DNA of 64,000 nt, taken from Mobula birostris (Eukaryota). The translations under genes were made by a program, and so were the position numbers. The notes beneath the pieces were generated by a model that ran no database searches, was not told the origin of the DNA, and worked only from the letters and a program-made list of their open reading frames with translations. This document shows positions 1 to 11,899 of the stretch, piece after piece. The stretch is from the NCBI RefSeq assembly GCF_030028105.1, contig NC_092398.1, positions 28,490,424-28,554,423 of the forward strand. Reading direction: 5' to 3'. The stretch's first letter is position 1. Every line of letters begins with the position of its first letter.

Positions 1-519
1 CCCAAAGCAACGTGGATAACCTCACTCACCTCACTTCTACTGCCCAGGAAACCTCAACTCAAGTTCTCAGGATTATTTATTTACTTTTTTTTTGTATTTG
101 CACAGTTTGCCTTTTGTACTTTGGTAGTTTGTCAGCCTTTGTGTGGTGTTTTTCATCAATTCTATTGTATTTCTTTGTTCACAAGAAAATGAATTTCCGG
201 TAGGATATACAAATTTTGATAATAAATTTACTTTGAACTTTGAACTCTGTTGACCTGCGACACCACTGTCGATGAGCAATGCACTTGTCCTCCGAGGTCC
301 CTCTGCCCCCTGGGGCGTTGCTGCAAAGTGGAGCCACATCTGGATCACATCCTGATTTAGGATGGCTCCGTTTCGAGACTTGTGCCTTCCTTGTGGACTT
401 CATCTCTTTATTTAGTTTGTTGGTTTTATTTAGATATACAGCATTGGACAGGTCCTTCCAGCCCCACGGGCCATGCTGGCCAGCAAACTAACCACTTCAA
501 CATTTGTTGCTTCTTGTTC

Positions 520-718
520 GGTCGTTAAGTCAAGTCCGTCAATTCGTGACCTCATGGACCACAGGGTCCACAGGGTTTTCATGGCAAGATACGGAAGTAG
601 ATTGCCGGGCCTTTCTTCCGCACAGATACTGCTGATGCCCAGGTTGGGACCCGGCTGGGTTTGAACTCAGGACCATCTGCCTCACAGTCCAGTGCTGATG
701 CCACTACACCAGCCGGCC
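520..718 (-). mobile_element. tRNA-derived SINE
   Basis: Revcomp begins ggccggctggtgtagtggcatcagcactggac...gagttcaaacc, giving Pol III A/B-box-like head followed by a short body. Confidence 0.65.
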
Positions 719-1956
719 CATTTTAACACTAGCCTAACACAATTTACAATTCTGATGCCCCAAGCTATAACCGTGCCATGCTAACCACTACACTACCATG
801 GAAATCATGACTTGAGAAGCTAAAGTTTAGGTCATTGTTCCATTTGTTTAAGAAATTACAATTTGCCAAGAACGATCATGGTCGTGGATAGACCAAGATT
901 GCCCACCTTACATGACATGGCACATAATGAACACACAATGATATAAGATGACAAGTTTATACTCGGAAAGCTTTCATCCATTTACTTTTATTGATCTAAT
1001 AAACTAATAGAAGTCATGGATCAATGTAGCACAGAAAAAGGCCCTTCAGCCCAACACCTCTGCACCAACCATGGTGGCCACTAAATTAGTCCCACTTGTC
1101 TGTATGAGGTACGTGTCCCACAGAACCCTTCCTACTCATGCACTGAACCAACTCTGTTTAAGGGACCCCCATCACTCACAAAGAGACTGGTGCAAGAGTT
1201 GGAACATCAGCCTCACATTATTAGCCAACAGCTGTCATGGGTCAGTCAAAGAAAATTGTCTCAGTATCTTAACGAGGCACATTAATTAGTTTGGACAGAA
1301 ACCAGAGTATTCAGGAATTGGAGAGAGTGAATGGTAATCAGAACTTTTAGGGTTAAAGAGCTCCATTATTAACTCCCATTCTTCATAACTTGTATTTAAC
1401 TGGGTTAAACATCTAAACTTGCTGATCAATATTTATAGGCAAACACAAATGGTCTCATTCTAACAAGGTATGGCTCAAAATGGACCAGCAGCTTTCTCAG
1501 AAAAGACATAATTTCACAGTGCAACGTTAGTGACTGATCACAATTGCAACAGGAAAGAAGATCTCCGGATGTCACAGAGGAACAATGAGGAAAAAAAACT
1601 TCCATTTAAATCAAATTAAAACAGGAAATCATTGGGGCTTTTATGAAAATAAAACTTGTTCAACATTCCCAAGTTGTTGGAGTCCAGCTTTGCATTCTGT
1701 GAAGGAAGAGTGAGTGAGATTAAATACTGAGATTACCCTGATGTAAAAAAACATGAAACATTTCACAAAGTTTTCAGTGGAAGTGATGCCAAATAAGAAA
1801 TCTCTGGTGAAGGTGTCAATTAAAAGGTCACTGTCAAGGGAGGAGCTTTGTCTGAATTTCCTAGGAGATTCTGTTGTTTATCACAATACCGTGAGGTAGT
1901 TAATGAGTGACTCGACGAACAGGTTTGGTTTCAAGCTGATTTTCCATCTAAAAAAT

Positions 1957-1966
1957 GGAAAGTCCC
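1957..1966 (-). promoter_or_regulatory. perfect NF-kB consensus GGGACTTTCC in non-repeat sequence
   Basis: GGAAAGTCCC on the plus strand, with nearby GGAAGT and TGAGTGACTC motifs. Motif match only. Confidence 0.3.
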
Positions 1967-2029
1967 GTCCTCATTCCAACGATCTGACTCACATTCCACC
2001 TGGCTGGACCACATTGGAAAAGTCTTGTC

Positions 2030-2930
2030 TCCATTCCAGCTGTTTACTCCATATTTCAGAGTCCAGTTCCATCAGTCTAGATCAATTTCATTGGCTTCAT
2101 CCACATTTCTTTCAATCAGTCTAGTCTACATACAGTCAGTTTGATCCAAATTCCATCAATCTAGTCCATATTCTGTAAGTCCGCATCCTAACAGTCTGGC
2201 CCACATAACATTGTAAGACACAGGAGAAAGATTATGTTATTCAGACCATCAAGTCTGCTCCATCATTCCATCATGGCTGATTTATTATCCCTCTCAACTT
2301 CATTCTCCTGCCTTCTCCACATAATCTTTTATGCCCTAATCAAGAACCCATCAACCTCCATTTTAAATATACCCCATAACCTGGCATCCACGACCGTCTG
2401 TGGCAATGAATTCCACAGACTTATTACCATCTGGCTAAAGAAATTTCTCCTCACCTCTGCTCAAAAGGGACATCCTTGTATTTGGAGGCTGTGTCCTCTG
2501 GTCCTGGACACCCCTACTATATGAAGCATTCACTCCATGTTCACTCTAGGCCTTTCAATATTCAACATTCCATCAGACTGGTCTACGTTCCATCAATCAG
2601 TCTAGTCTACATTCCATCAGTCTAGACTACATATCATCAGCCAAGTCCACATACCATCAGTCTGGCCCACATTCTATCAGTCTATGTTCCATCAGTCCAT
2701 CCATTTTCCATCAGTCAAGTCCACATTCCAGTAGTCAAGTCCATGTTCCAGTAGTCAAGTCCACCTTTCATCAGTCCAGTCCAAATACCATTCATCCAGT
2801 CCTCATTCCAAAACTCTAGTGAACACCTATCAGTCTGGTCTACATCCCATTAGACTAGTCTACATTCCATCAGCCCACGTTCCATTGCATCAGTCCACTA
2901 TCATCAATCCAACCTAGTTCACATTGTTCA
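2030..2930. repeat. degenerate tandem repeat (ccatcagtc(c/t)agtccac)n, interrupted by a CR1 3' end at about 2215-2560
   Basis: Many imperfect copies of catcagtc/agtccac. The insert carries the CR1 tail motif cagcc atgatggaatgatggagcagac on the minus strand. Confidence 0.7.
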
Positions 2931-2989
2931 GAAACCACAGCTTTACAAGTCAGATGTCCCTTTTTTTTTAAACCAACCATGTCACATCA

Positions 2990-3655
2990 GTAACATTTCA
3001 CCTGTGAGGCTGTTGGGGTCATATACTGTGTTCGGTGCTCTCAGTGTAGCCTCTTGTATATTGGTGAGACCCAACGTAGATTGGGAGACTGTTTTGCCGA
3101 GCATCTACGCTCCATCTGCCAGAATAAGCAGGATCTCCCAGTGGCCACCGATTTTAATTCCACTTCCCATTTCCAATATGTCCATCCATGGCCTCCTCCA
3201 CTGTCGGGATAAGGCCACACTTAGGTTGGAGGAACACCACCTTATATTCTGTTTGGGTAGCCTCTAACCTGATGGCATGAACATCGATTTCTCAAACTTC
3301 CAGTAATACCTCCCCCCTCCACTTCACCATTTCCCATCCCTTGTCCCCCTCTCATGTTATCTCCTGCCCGTCCATCGCCTCCCTCTGGTGCTCCTCCCCT
3401 GCCCCTTTCTTCTGTCTTCCATTGCCTTCTCTCCCTTTCACCAATCAACTTCCTCGCTCTGTTTCAGCCGCCCCCCCCTCCAAATTTCAACTATCGCCTG
3501 GCGTTTCTCTCTTGCCTACCCCACATTTCAAATCTACTCCTCAGCTTTTTCTCTCGTCCTGCCGAAGGGTTTCAGCCTGAAACAACGACTGTACTTTTTT
3601 TCCACAGATGCTGCCTGGCCTGCTGAGTTCCTCCAGCATTTTGTGTGTGTTGCTC
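2990..3655 (+). mobile_element. Penelope-like element 3' fragment (GIY-YIG remnant + tail)
   Basis: YIGETQRRLGDCFAEH and ...LRLEEHHLIFCLGSL across a frameshift, followed by a pyrimidine-rich UTR and the cagatgctgcctggcctgctgagttcctccagc tail. Confidence 0.85.
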
Positions 3656-3749
3656 ACACCAGTAATGTTGCTCTGGGACTTTCCAGACCTGAGAGTGAAT
3701 TGATTGTGGTGATTTACTTCATGGAAAAATTCCCAAGCCGACATTTACT

Positions 3750-4600
3750 GACACCTACACCTAGTGGCCACTTCATTGATTACACCTGTACCCTGATCAA
3801 TAAAGCAAATATCTAACCAGCCAATCACGTGCAGCAACTCAATACATGAAAGCACGCAGACATGGTGAGGAGGTGAAGTTGTTGTTCAGACCAAACATCA
3901 GAATGGGGGAAGAAATGTGATTAAGGCGATTTTGACAGTGGAATGATTGTTGATGCCAGATGGGGTGGTATGAGTATCTCAGGAACTGCTGATCTCCTAG
4001 GATTTTCACGCACAACAGTCTCTGGAGCAGGAGTTACTAACCTTTTTATGCCATGGACAAATATCATCTGCCAAAGGGTCCGAACACCCCAAGATGTGAG
4101 ACTTACACACACCATATGCTGGAGGAACTCAGCGGGTCAGTCAGTATCTGTGGAAATGAATGAGCACTTGCTGTTTTGGCCCAAGTCCCTTCTTCAGGAC
4201 TGGAAAGGAAGGGGGGGGGGGGAAGAAGGCAGAGAAAAAGGTGTGGGGGGAGGGGAAGGAGAATAGCTAGAAGGTGATAACTGAAGCCAGGTGGGTGGGA
4301 AAGCTAAAGTGTCGGAGAGAAAGGAATCTCTAAAGTTTACAGAGAATGATGCGAAAATCAAAAATACACTCAGGGATCAGCAGTCCTGTGGGTGAGAACA
4401 CCTTGTTAACGAGAGGGGTCAGAGGAGAATGGCCAGACTGATTCAAGCCGACAGTAACTCAAATAACCACACGTTACAACAGTGGTGTACGGAAGAGCCT
4501 ATCTGAATGTACAACACATTGAACCTTGAAGTGGATGGGCTACAGCAGCAGAAGACCACACTGGGTTCCGCTCCTGTACCTAATAAAATGGCCACTGAGT
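3750..4600 (+). mobile_element. internally deleted Tc1-like element (HTH N-terminus only), interrupted by a PLE tail at about 4090-4330
   Basis: GMIVDARWGGMSISGTADLLGFSRTTVS paired-like HTH, with agtggccact termini. Further copies at 29110-29625, 46520-47050 and 60390-60965. Confidence 0.75.
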
Positions 4601-5034
4601 ATATGTCCTGTCCTTTCACTACTGAAAAATTCGAGGGACATCTTTATTTAGTACAAGCATCAGGGCAGGATATAATAGGCAGAATATTTTTACCTTATGT
4701 GGAAGATTTAGTCAATCCATCAGCTGAAACAAAGAACATAAGATCGAAGTTAATCAAAGAGCCCCGGAATGTGAATTATTGGATCAGCTGGCAAATATAA
4801 AAAAAAAAGCTTAATTTGGATAAGTCCGAGGTGTGGCATCTTAGAAAGTCTAATCAATGCAGGACTTTCACAGTGAACGAGTGTTGCAGGTCGGAGGGAA
4901 CTTGAAATTCAAGTACGTGGTTCCCTGAAAATGGCATCGCAGGTAGACAGGACGGTGAAGAATGGTTTTGGTACAGTGGCCAGGAATCCGAATCAGAATC
5001 TGGTCTTGTCCATACTGGACCAACCGCTGCCGCT

Positions 5035-5165
5035 GGGCTATAAACGTGCAGGAGCAATGTGTGGTTAAGTGCCTTGCTCAAAGACACAACACACTGCCTC
5101 GGCTGAGGCTTGAACTCATGACCTTCAGGTCACTAGTCCAATGCCTTAACCACTTGGCCTCGCGC
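5035..5165 (-). mobile_element. tRNA-head SINE, short-body variant
   Basis: Head gtggttaaggcattggactagtgacctgaaggtcatgagttcaagcc followed by gtctttgagcaaggcacttaacc, same as the 6161 and 39750 copies. Confidence 0.8.
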
Positions 5166-5669
5166 CTCGGACATACTGTATGTTGTGAAATTTATTGCTT
5201 TGCAGCGGCCATAGTGTAATGCGTAAAAACATAAATTACAATAATATAAATATATTTAAAATATTAAATTAAGTAAGTAGTGCAAAAACTACTGGGGTGG
5301 CGTTCATGGGCTGGTTCATTGTCCGTTCCGGAATCTGATGACGGAGAGGAGGAAGCTGTTCCTACAATGTTGAGTGTGAGCCTTCATGCTCCTGTACCTC
5401 CTCCCTGATGGTAACGATAAGAGGAGGGTGTATTTTGAGTGAAGGGTGTAAGGAATAATGGATGCTGCCTTTCTGAGGCATTGCCTTTGTAAGATCCGAA
5501 TCAGAATCAGTTTTAATATCACCGGCATATGTCGTGAAATTTGTTAACTTAGCAGCAGCAGTTCAATGCAATACATCATAATATAGACAAAAAACGAATA
5601 AGTCAATTACAGTAAGTAACATTAAATAGTTAAATTAAAAATAGTCCAAAACAGAAATAATAAGTGTGA

Positions 5670-6160
5670 GGTAGTGTTCGTGGGTCAATGTCCATTTAGG
5701 AATGGGATGGCAGAGGGGAAGAAGCTGTTCCTGAATCGCTGAGTGTGTGCCTTCAGGCTCCTGTACCTCCTTTCTGGTGGTAACAATGAGAAGAGGGCAT
5801 GTCCTGGGTGATGGGGTCCTTAATGATGGGTGCCACCTTTCTGAGGCACCTCTCCTTGAAGACGTCTTGGATACTACGGAGGCTAGTACCCATGATGGAG
5901 CTGACTAATTTTACAACTTCCTGGAGCTTCTTTCGATCCTGTGCAGTACCCCCCCTCCCTCCATACCAGACGGTGATGTAGCCTGTCAGAATGCTCTCCA
6001 TGGTACATCTGTGGAAGTTTTTGAGTGATTTAGGTGACAAACGAAATCTCTTCAAACTTCTGATGAAATATAGCCCCTGACTTGACTTCTTATTAGCTGC
6101 ATCAATATGTTGGGACCAGGTTAGATCCTCAGAGATAGTGTCACCCAGGAACTTGAAATT
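5670..6160 (-). mobile_element. Rex1/Babar-type LINE 3' fragment
   Basis: FKFLGDTISEDLTWSQH...HRCTMESILTGYITVWYG...DRKKLQEVV, the typical C-terminal part of this clade's ORF. Confidence 0.8.
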
Positions 6161-6478
6161 CATATATATATAGGCATCCGATAGTCTTGCGAGACCATGG
6201 ATCTGCGCCTGGAAAGTCTTTGCCCTCCAGAGCGCAGGCCTGGGCAAGGTTGTATGGAAGACCAGCAGTTGCCCATGCTGCAAGTCTCCCCTCTCCACGA
6301 CACCAATGTTGTCCAAGGTAAGGGCATTAGGACCCACACAGCTTGGCACCAGTGTCGTCGCAGAGCGCTGTGTGATTAAGTGCCTTGCTCAAGGACACAA
6401 CACGTTTCCTCGGCTGGGGCTCGAACTCACGACCTTCAGGTCGCTAGTCCGATGCCTTAACCACTTGGCCACGTGCCC
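6161..6478 (-). mobile_element. full-length tRNA SINE with RTE-like body, 10-bp TSD ACTTGAAATT
   Basis: TSD at 6151-6160 and 6479-6488; A/B-box head; tail atggtctcgcaagactatcggatgcc. Confidence 0.9.
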
Positions 6479-7240
6479 ACTTGAAATTAATAGTTTAATT
6501 ATATTAGTGAAAAAATAGAAATAAAAAAAGTTCAAGTTGAGTTGTCATTCAACCATACATGAATCCATGAATACAGCCAAACAAAACAGCTTCTTCTCCT
6601 CTGCCATCCAATTTCTGAACAGACATTGAATCCATGAACTTTTTTTATTTCTATTTATTCACTAATATAATTAAACTATTATATATTTACAGTAATTCAC
6701 ATTTTTTCTATTATTATGTATTGTGCTATACTGCTGCCGCAAAGACAAGAAACTTCACAACACATCCTGGAGATATTAAACCTGATTCTGACTCTGATTC
6801 ATTCTGATTCCCTGACCATGTGGGCTGTGGTCCCAGCACCAAGCCTTGCGGTACTCCACTGGTCACCGCCTGCGATTCTGAAAAGGACCCATTAATCCCT
6901 ACTCTTTGTTTCCTGTCAGCCAACCAATTTTCTATCTGTATCAGTACCCTACCACCAATACCATTTGCTCTAATTTTGCACACTAACCTCCTGTGTGGGA
7001 CCTTATCAAAGGCTTTCTGGAAGTCCAGGTACACTACATCCACTGGCTTTCCCATGTCCATTTTCATAGTTACGTTCTCAAAAAATGCCAGAAGATTAGT
7101 CAAGCATGATTTCCCCTTTGTAAATCCATGCTGACTCGGACCTATCCTGCCAGTGCTATCTAAATATTCCGCTATTTCATCTTTTATAATTGATTCCAGC
7201 ATCTTCCCCACCACTGATGTCAGACTAACTGGTCTATAAT

Positions 7241-7407
7241 GTCTTTCAAATCCCTTACTCACTCTTCCTTCAGTTAGTCCTGACGAAGGGTCTCGGCCTG
7301 AAACGTCGACTGCACCTCTTCCTAGAGATGCTGCCTGGCCTGCTGCGTTCACCAGCAACTTTTATGTGTGTTGCTTGAATTTCCAGCATCTGCAGAATTC
7401 CTGTTGT
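7241..7407 (+). mobile_element. short PLE-derived insertion with hammerhead motif, 12-bp TSD CTGGTCTATAAT
   Basis: TSD at 7229-7240 and 7408-7419; removing the insert restores CR1 KTGNYRPVSL. Confidence 0.9.
7275..7312 (+). ncRNA. minimal type I hammerhead ribozyme motif
   Basis: TAGTC-CTGACGA-AGG GTCTCGG CCT-GAAA-CG-TC-GACTG: intact core, stem I, stem II, palindromic ACGT stem III. Known feature of Penelope-like elements. Confidence 0.75.
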
Positions 7408-8349
7408 CTGGTCTATAATTCCCTGTTTTCTCTCTCCCTCCTTTCTTAAAAAGTGGGATAACATTAGCTATCTTCCAATCCGCAGGAACGGATCCTGAAT
7501 CTATAGAACATTGGAAAATGATTACCAATGTGTCCACGATTTCTAGAGCCACCTTCTTAAGTACCCTGGGATGCAGACCATCAGGCCCTGGGGTTTACCA
7601 GCCTTCAGTCTCATCAGTTTATCCAACATCATTTCTGTGTGATGCGAATTTCCTTCCATTCCTCGTTACCCTAGGTCCTCTGGCCACTATTACATTTGGG
7701 AGATTGTTTGTGTCTTCCCTAGTGAAGATAGATCCAAAATACCTGTTCAGATCGTCTGCCATTTCCTTGTTCTCCATAATAATTTCACCCGTTTCTGTCT
7801 TCAAGGTCCCAACTTTGGTCCTAACTAATTTTTTCCTCTTCACATACCTAAAGAAGCTTTTACTATCCTCCTTTATATTCTTGGCTCGCTTACCTTGGTA
7901 CCTCATCTTTTCTCCCCGTATTGCCTTTTTAGTTATCTTCTGTTGCTCCTTAAAAGTCTCCCAATCCTCTGGCTTCCCGCTCATCCTTGCTATATTATAC
8001 TTCCTCTCTTTTATTTTTATACTGTCCTTGACTTCCCTTGTCATCCAGGGTCACCCTTTACTCCCCTTAGAATCTTTCTTTCCCTTTGGAATGAACTGAT
8101 CCTGCACCTTCTGTATTATTCCCAGAAATACCTGCCATTGTTGTTCCATTGTCATCCCTGCTAGGGTATCTTTCCAGTCAACTTTGGCCAGATCCTCCCT
8201 CATGGGTCCATCGTCCCCTTTGTTCAACTGTAATACTGACACTTCCGATCTTCCTTTCTCCCTCTCAAATTGTAGATTAAAACTTATCACATTATGGTCA
8301 CTACCTCCTAATGGCTCCTTTACCTAGCTTCTGGCACCTTGGCCTTCAT

Positions 8350-8920
8350 AAATCAAAGCATTCAGGACAGGAGCAAGGGTGTGATGTTGAAGTTGTATAA
8401 GATGTTGGCGAGGCCTAATTTGGATACTGTGTGCAGTTCTGGTCACCTATCTACAGGTCAGATAATAGTAAGATTGGAAGAATGCAGAGAAAATTTACAA
8501 AGATGTTGCTAGGGATTGAGGAGTAGATTTATAAGGAAAGTTTGAATAGATTAGGACTTCATTCCCTGGAGCACAGAAGGTTGAGAGTGTAGGAAAATGA
8601 GGGAGATTTGATAGAGGCATATAGGATGATGAGAGGCATAGATAGGGTAAATGCAAGCAGGCTTTTTCCACTGACGTTGGCTGAGAATTGCAGGTCATGG
8701 GTTAGGGGTGAAAGGTGAAATACTTAATGGGAACAAGAGGGAACACTTCTTCACTCAGAGGAAGTGATGGAGACAGGTTTGATTTTAGGAGAAATTTGGG
8801 TAAGTACGTGGATAGAAGTGGTATGGAGAGTGGATGATGAGACCAGGCTGAATAGTAGCTTGGCACCATCTAGATGGGCCGAATTGCCTGTTTCTGTGCT
8901 GTAGTATTTTATGGTCCTAT
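8350..8920 (+). mobile_element. CR1 LINE 3' fragment
   Basis: CVQFWSP / ERVQRKFTKML-like sequence ending in the gatgggccgaattgcctgtttctgtgctg tail. Confidence 0.8.
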
Positions 8921-9294
8921 GAATCGACACAACCGATGTTGGCTAACGATGCAAGATATTGCTGTAGGAATCGGAAATAGCATTGTTTCCAATGGGAGTG
9001 ACTGAAGGAAAGGCAGTAATCACGTTCACAAAATGCAGGAGGAAATCAGTAAGTCAGGCGGCATCTATGGAGGGGAATGATGAAGGGTCTTAATCTGAAA
9101 CATGGACTGTTAATTCACCTCGTCGGATGCTGCCTGACTTGCTGAATTTTTTCAGAATTTGTGTATGATGCTGAAGATTTCCAGCATCTCCAGAATCTCT
9201 GGGTTAGTAATCACTGTGACGGGATAAGGTACCAGGAGATTTATTCTGCACCTTCCTCATGTTGAACCATTCCTGCAATGTATGATGAAGGCTT

Positions 9295-9400
9295 CACTCT
9301 GTGTCTGACCCCGGGAGTGTGTGATGGGACGGTGTGGAGGGAGCTTCACTCTGTGTCTGACCCAAGGAGTGTGCGATGGGGCGGTGAGGAGGGAGCTTCA
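9295..9400 (+). repeat. 52-bp minisatellite, about 2 units
   Basis: Unit ctctgtgtctgaccccgggagtgtgtgatgggacggtgtggagggagcttca. Confidence 0.9.
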
Positions 9401-9836
9401 CCATGTCACCTGCAAAGTTACTAACCCGCCATTCTACTCCCTCATCCAAGTCTTTCATAACAATCACAAAGAGCAGGAGTCCCAGAACAGATCCCTGTGG
9501 AACACCACTGGTCACCGAGCTCCCTGCAGAGAATGTTCCATCTGTAGGTAAGCCAATTCTCTGTACACACAGCCACGTCTCCCTGCTTCCCATGCCCCCT
9601 GACTTTGTGAATGAGCCCAGCATGTGAAATCTTACCAACCACGTCCACCGCTCTACCTTCATCAACGACCTCAAATAATTCCGACATGCTCATGCGACAT
9701 GACTTGCCCTCACAAAACCATGTTGACCATTGGAAAGCAGGCAATGTTTCTCCAAATACTTCATGTCAACTGCAGCACCTTGAAGCTTCAGGACATCTAT
9801 CAGTGGTAATGAGCCTGATTCTGAATGGGCAAAAGA

Positions 9837-10067
9837 TTCCCAGTGTTTGTGAGTCAGGGGCTTCACTTTCGACGCGTTCTCTTGCGGACGGGGTGGAGCT
9901 TGCTCTGGGAGATTCTGTGATAACTCTGAGGGAGAATGGAAGGACTGCAGGAGAAGGTGAGTGCTGCTGACGTTTTCTGGAGTGATCAGTCAGACTTTGC
10001 ACTACTCACAATCTCACCACAGTCAGCAAGTGACCATTTCTGAGCAGAGCCTCGTCTGACAGTCCCA
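9837..10067 (+). other. inverted paralog of WA last-intron segment 55694-55926
   Basis: Colinear similarity visible in both DNA and ORF track (VCESG..SLA.G.E.A.GDS...GEGEC in both). AAG|GTGAGT is retained at 9957-9962 and 55803-55798. Confidence 0.8.
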
Positions 10068-10075
10068 TGCCCCAG

Positions 10076-10660
10076 TGACTGGTGAACACGCTGTAGGGTT
10101 CCGCCGCTAATGTAATGGCTTCTCTGTAACGTCCCACTGCTGAGGTGATGGTTTCTGTGTAGCAGCAATGTTTGGGTTAAGACTGGAGATAGCGGGGCAT
10201 GCTAGCCAATGAGCGGGATGTTGTTCTTTCTTGTGCGTCTGGGAGCTGGGAATTCGTGGTCTTGCCAGGGAGGGATGACGAGAGAAGATGCAGATGGAGA
10301 GTGTTTGTATATCCCCGGATGGAGTGGACTGGGAGCGAGGGTGCGAAGGTCAGCGACGATCGGAGGAGGTCGATGGTGGACGAGCGGCCTTATCAGTGAG
10401 CTCCAACCTTGCGCAATAGACTGTTTCATGAAAATGGGCACTTTTTCCTTTTTGTTGTCTTTACTAACCATATAGTCAAATTAAGAATTATAAAGCTCAA
10501 TCGTTTAATTGCATATTGTGTACTGTTTGTTATTTTGTGGCACTGATTTGTAACAGGGGGTACACATCGCGCAGCATCCACCCAAACGAGGTTTCTAACT
10601 TTGGCCGGGTTGGGGGCTATCACCCCCTAGATTAAGCCACTATCTGAAGCGAGAGTTACA
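10076..10660. mobile_element. probable solo LTR (Gypsy-like), 4-bp TSD CCAG
   Basis: TG at 10076 and GTTACA at 10660, flanked by ccag/ccag. Homology to 55648-55694 resumes after it. The left end could instead be tgtaac at 10125. Confidence 0.55.
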
Positions 10661-10704
10661 CCAGCAAGGCTAAATTGGTAAATTGGTTCATTATTATCTC
10701 ATGT

Positions 10705-11660
10705 CCTCACCATGTCTTCTCCACTTACCGCACATCTGCGCTCATCCCATCTTCCCACTGACCTAAAGGTGATAGATTTCCTACTGCTCTTACCCACCCT
10801 CCCGCCAACGGCCTCTGCATCCAACACATTGTTCTCCGCCACTTCTGCCATCTCCAAGGGGACCCTACCACCAAACACATCTTCAGCTCCTTCCATGGTT
10901 CCCTTGTCCATTGGCTCCTCCCCACTAATCTCCCTCTCGGCACTTACCCCCTGCAAGTGGCCCAGGAGCAACACCAGCCCGTTCACCTCCTCCCTCGCCT
11001 CCATGCAGGGCCCCGGTCAGGTGAGGCAACGCTGCACCCGCGGATCTGCCAGGATCGTCTATTGTGTCCGGTGCTCCCGTGGTGAGTCGGGAGAGCCGCT
11101 TCGCCGGGCTCCTCTGCTCCATCTGGTAAAGGCGGAGCTTCCCGGCGGGCGGATGTTTTAATTCCGATCCCCATTGCCGTTCTGACAAGTCAGTCCACAG
11201 TCGTCAGTGTGGAGGAACAGCATCTTATATTCCACCTGGGGAACCTCCAATCTGATGGCATGAAGGTTGATTTTTCCTTCTGGTTAAAAAATGTTTCCCT
11301 CCTCCTCCTCTCTTCTTCTATTCTCCACTCTGGCCTGTTACGTCGATTCACATGGCTCACATCTCCCCTAGGCCCCCTCCTCCTTCCCTTTCACTTACGG
11401 TCGACCCTCCCCTCCTCCCAGATTCTTTCCTCTTTGGCCCTTTACCTTTCCAGTCCACGACCCCCCCCGCCCCCCCCAGCTTTACCTACCACCTTCCAGC
11501 TATCCTCCTTCCCACTACCACCCCCATTTTTATTCTGGCTTCTTCCCCCTTCCTTTCCAGTCCTGAAGGGGGGTCTCGGTCTGAAACGTTGACTGTTTAT
11601 GCATTTCCATAGATGCTGCCTGACCTGCAAGTTCCTCCAGCATTTAGTGTGTCGCTTTGA
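10705..11660 (+). mobile_element. Penelope-like element 3' fragment
   Basis: Frameshifted GIY-YIG region (..IVYCVRCSR.., EEQHLIFHLGNLQSDGMKVDFS), pyrimidine UTR, degenerate hammerhead at about 11558-11595, and tail. Confidence 0.8.
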
Positions 11661-11679
11661 ACAAAATTCAGAAAAAGGT

Positions 11680-11880
11680 GCCGGGGTCCGGGCCATCTCA
11701 GATCGAATCTGTAGCGTTGTTTAGTGTGAGGGGGGAGCAGCCAGAGGTCGTGGTCTGTGTCGGTACCAAAGACATGGGTAGGAAGGGTGACAAGGTCCTG
11801 CAAAGTGAGTTTAGGGACAAAGTTAAGTTAAAAGTCAGATCTTCCAAGGTTGTTATTTCAGGATTAGTGAAGTCAGAAAT
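11680..11880 (+). mobile_element. CR1 ORF1 esterase (SGNH) fragment
   Basis: GEQPEVVVCVGTKDMGRKGDKVLQSEF...SKVVISGL. Confidence 0.7.
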
Positions 11881-11899
11881 ATGAGGATAATAGTTCATC

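Larger units (their letters stand above)
6815..8330 (-). mobile_element. CR1 LINE ORF2 fragment (RT domain)
   Basis: YRPVSLTSVVGKMLESII...QHGFTKGKSCLTNLL...VYLDFQKAFDKVPH...GVPQG; degenerate and interrupted. Confidence 0.95.

Noticed and set aside
6161-6478. tRNA genes at SINE heads (also 5035, 29843, 39750)
   Set aside because: The A/B boxes continue into SINE bodies with TSDs; no complete cloverleaf.
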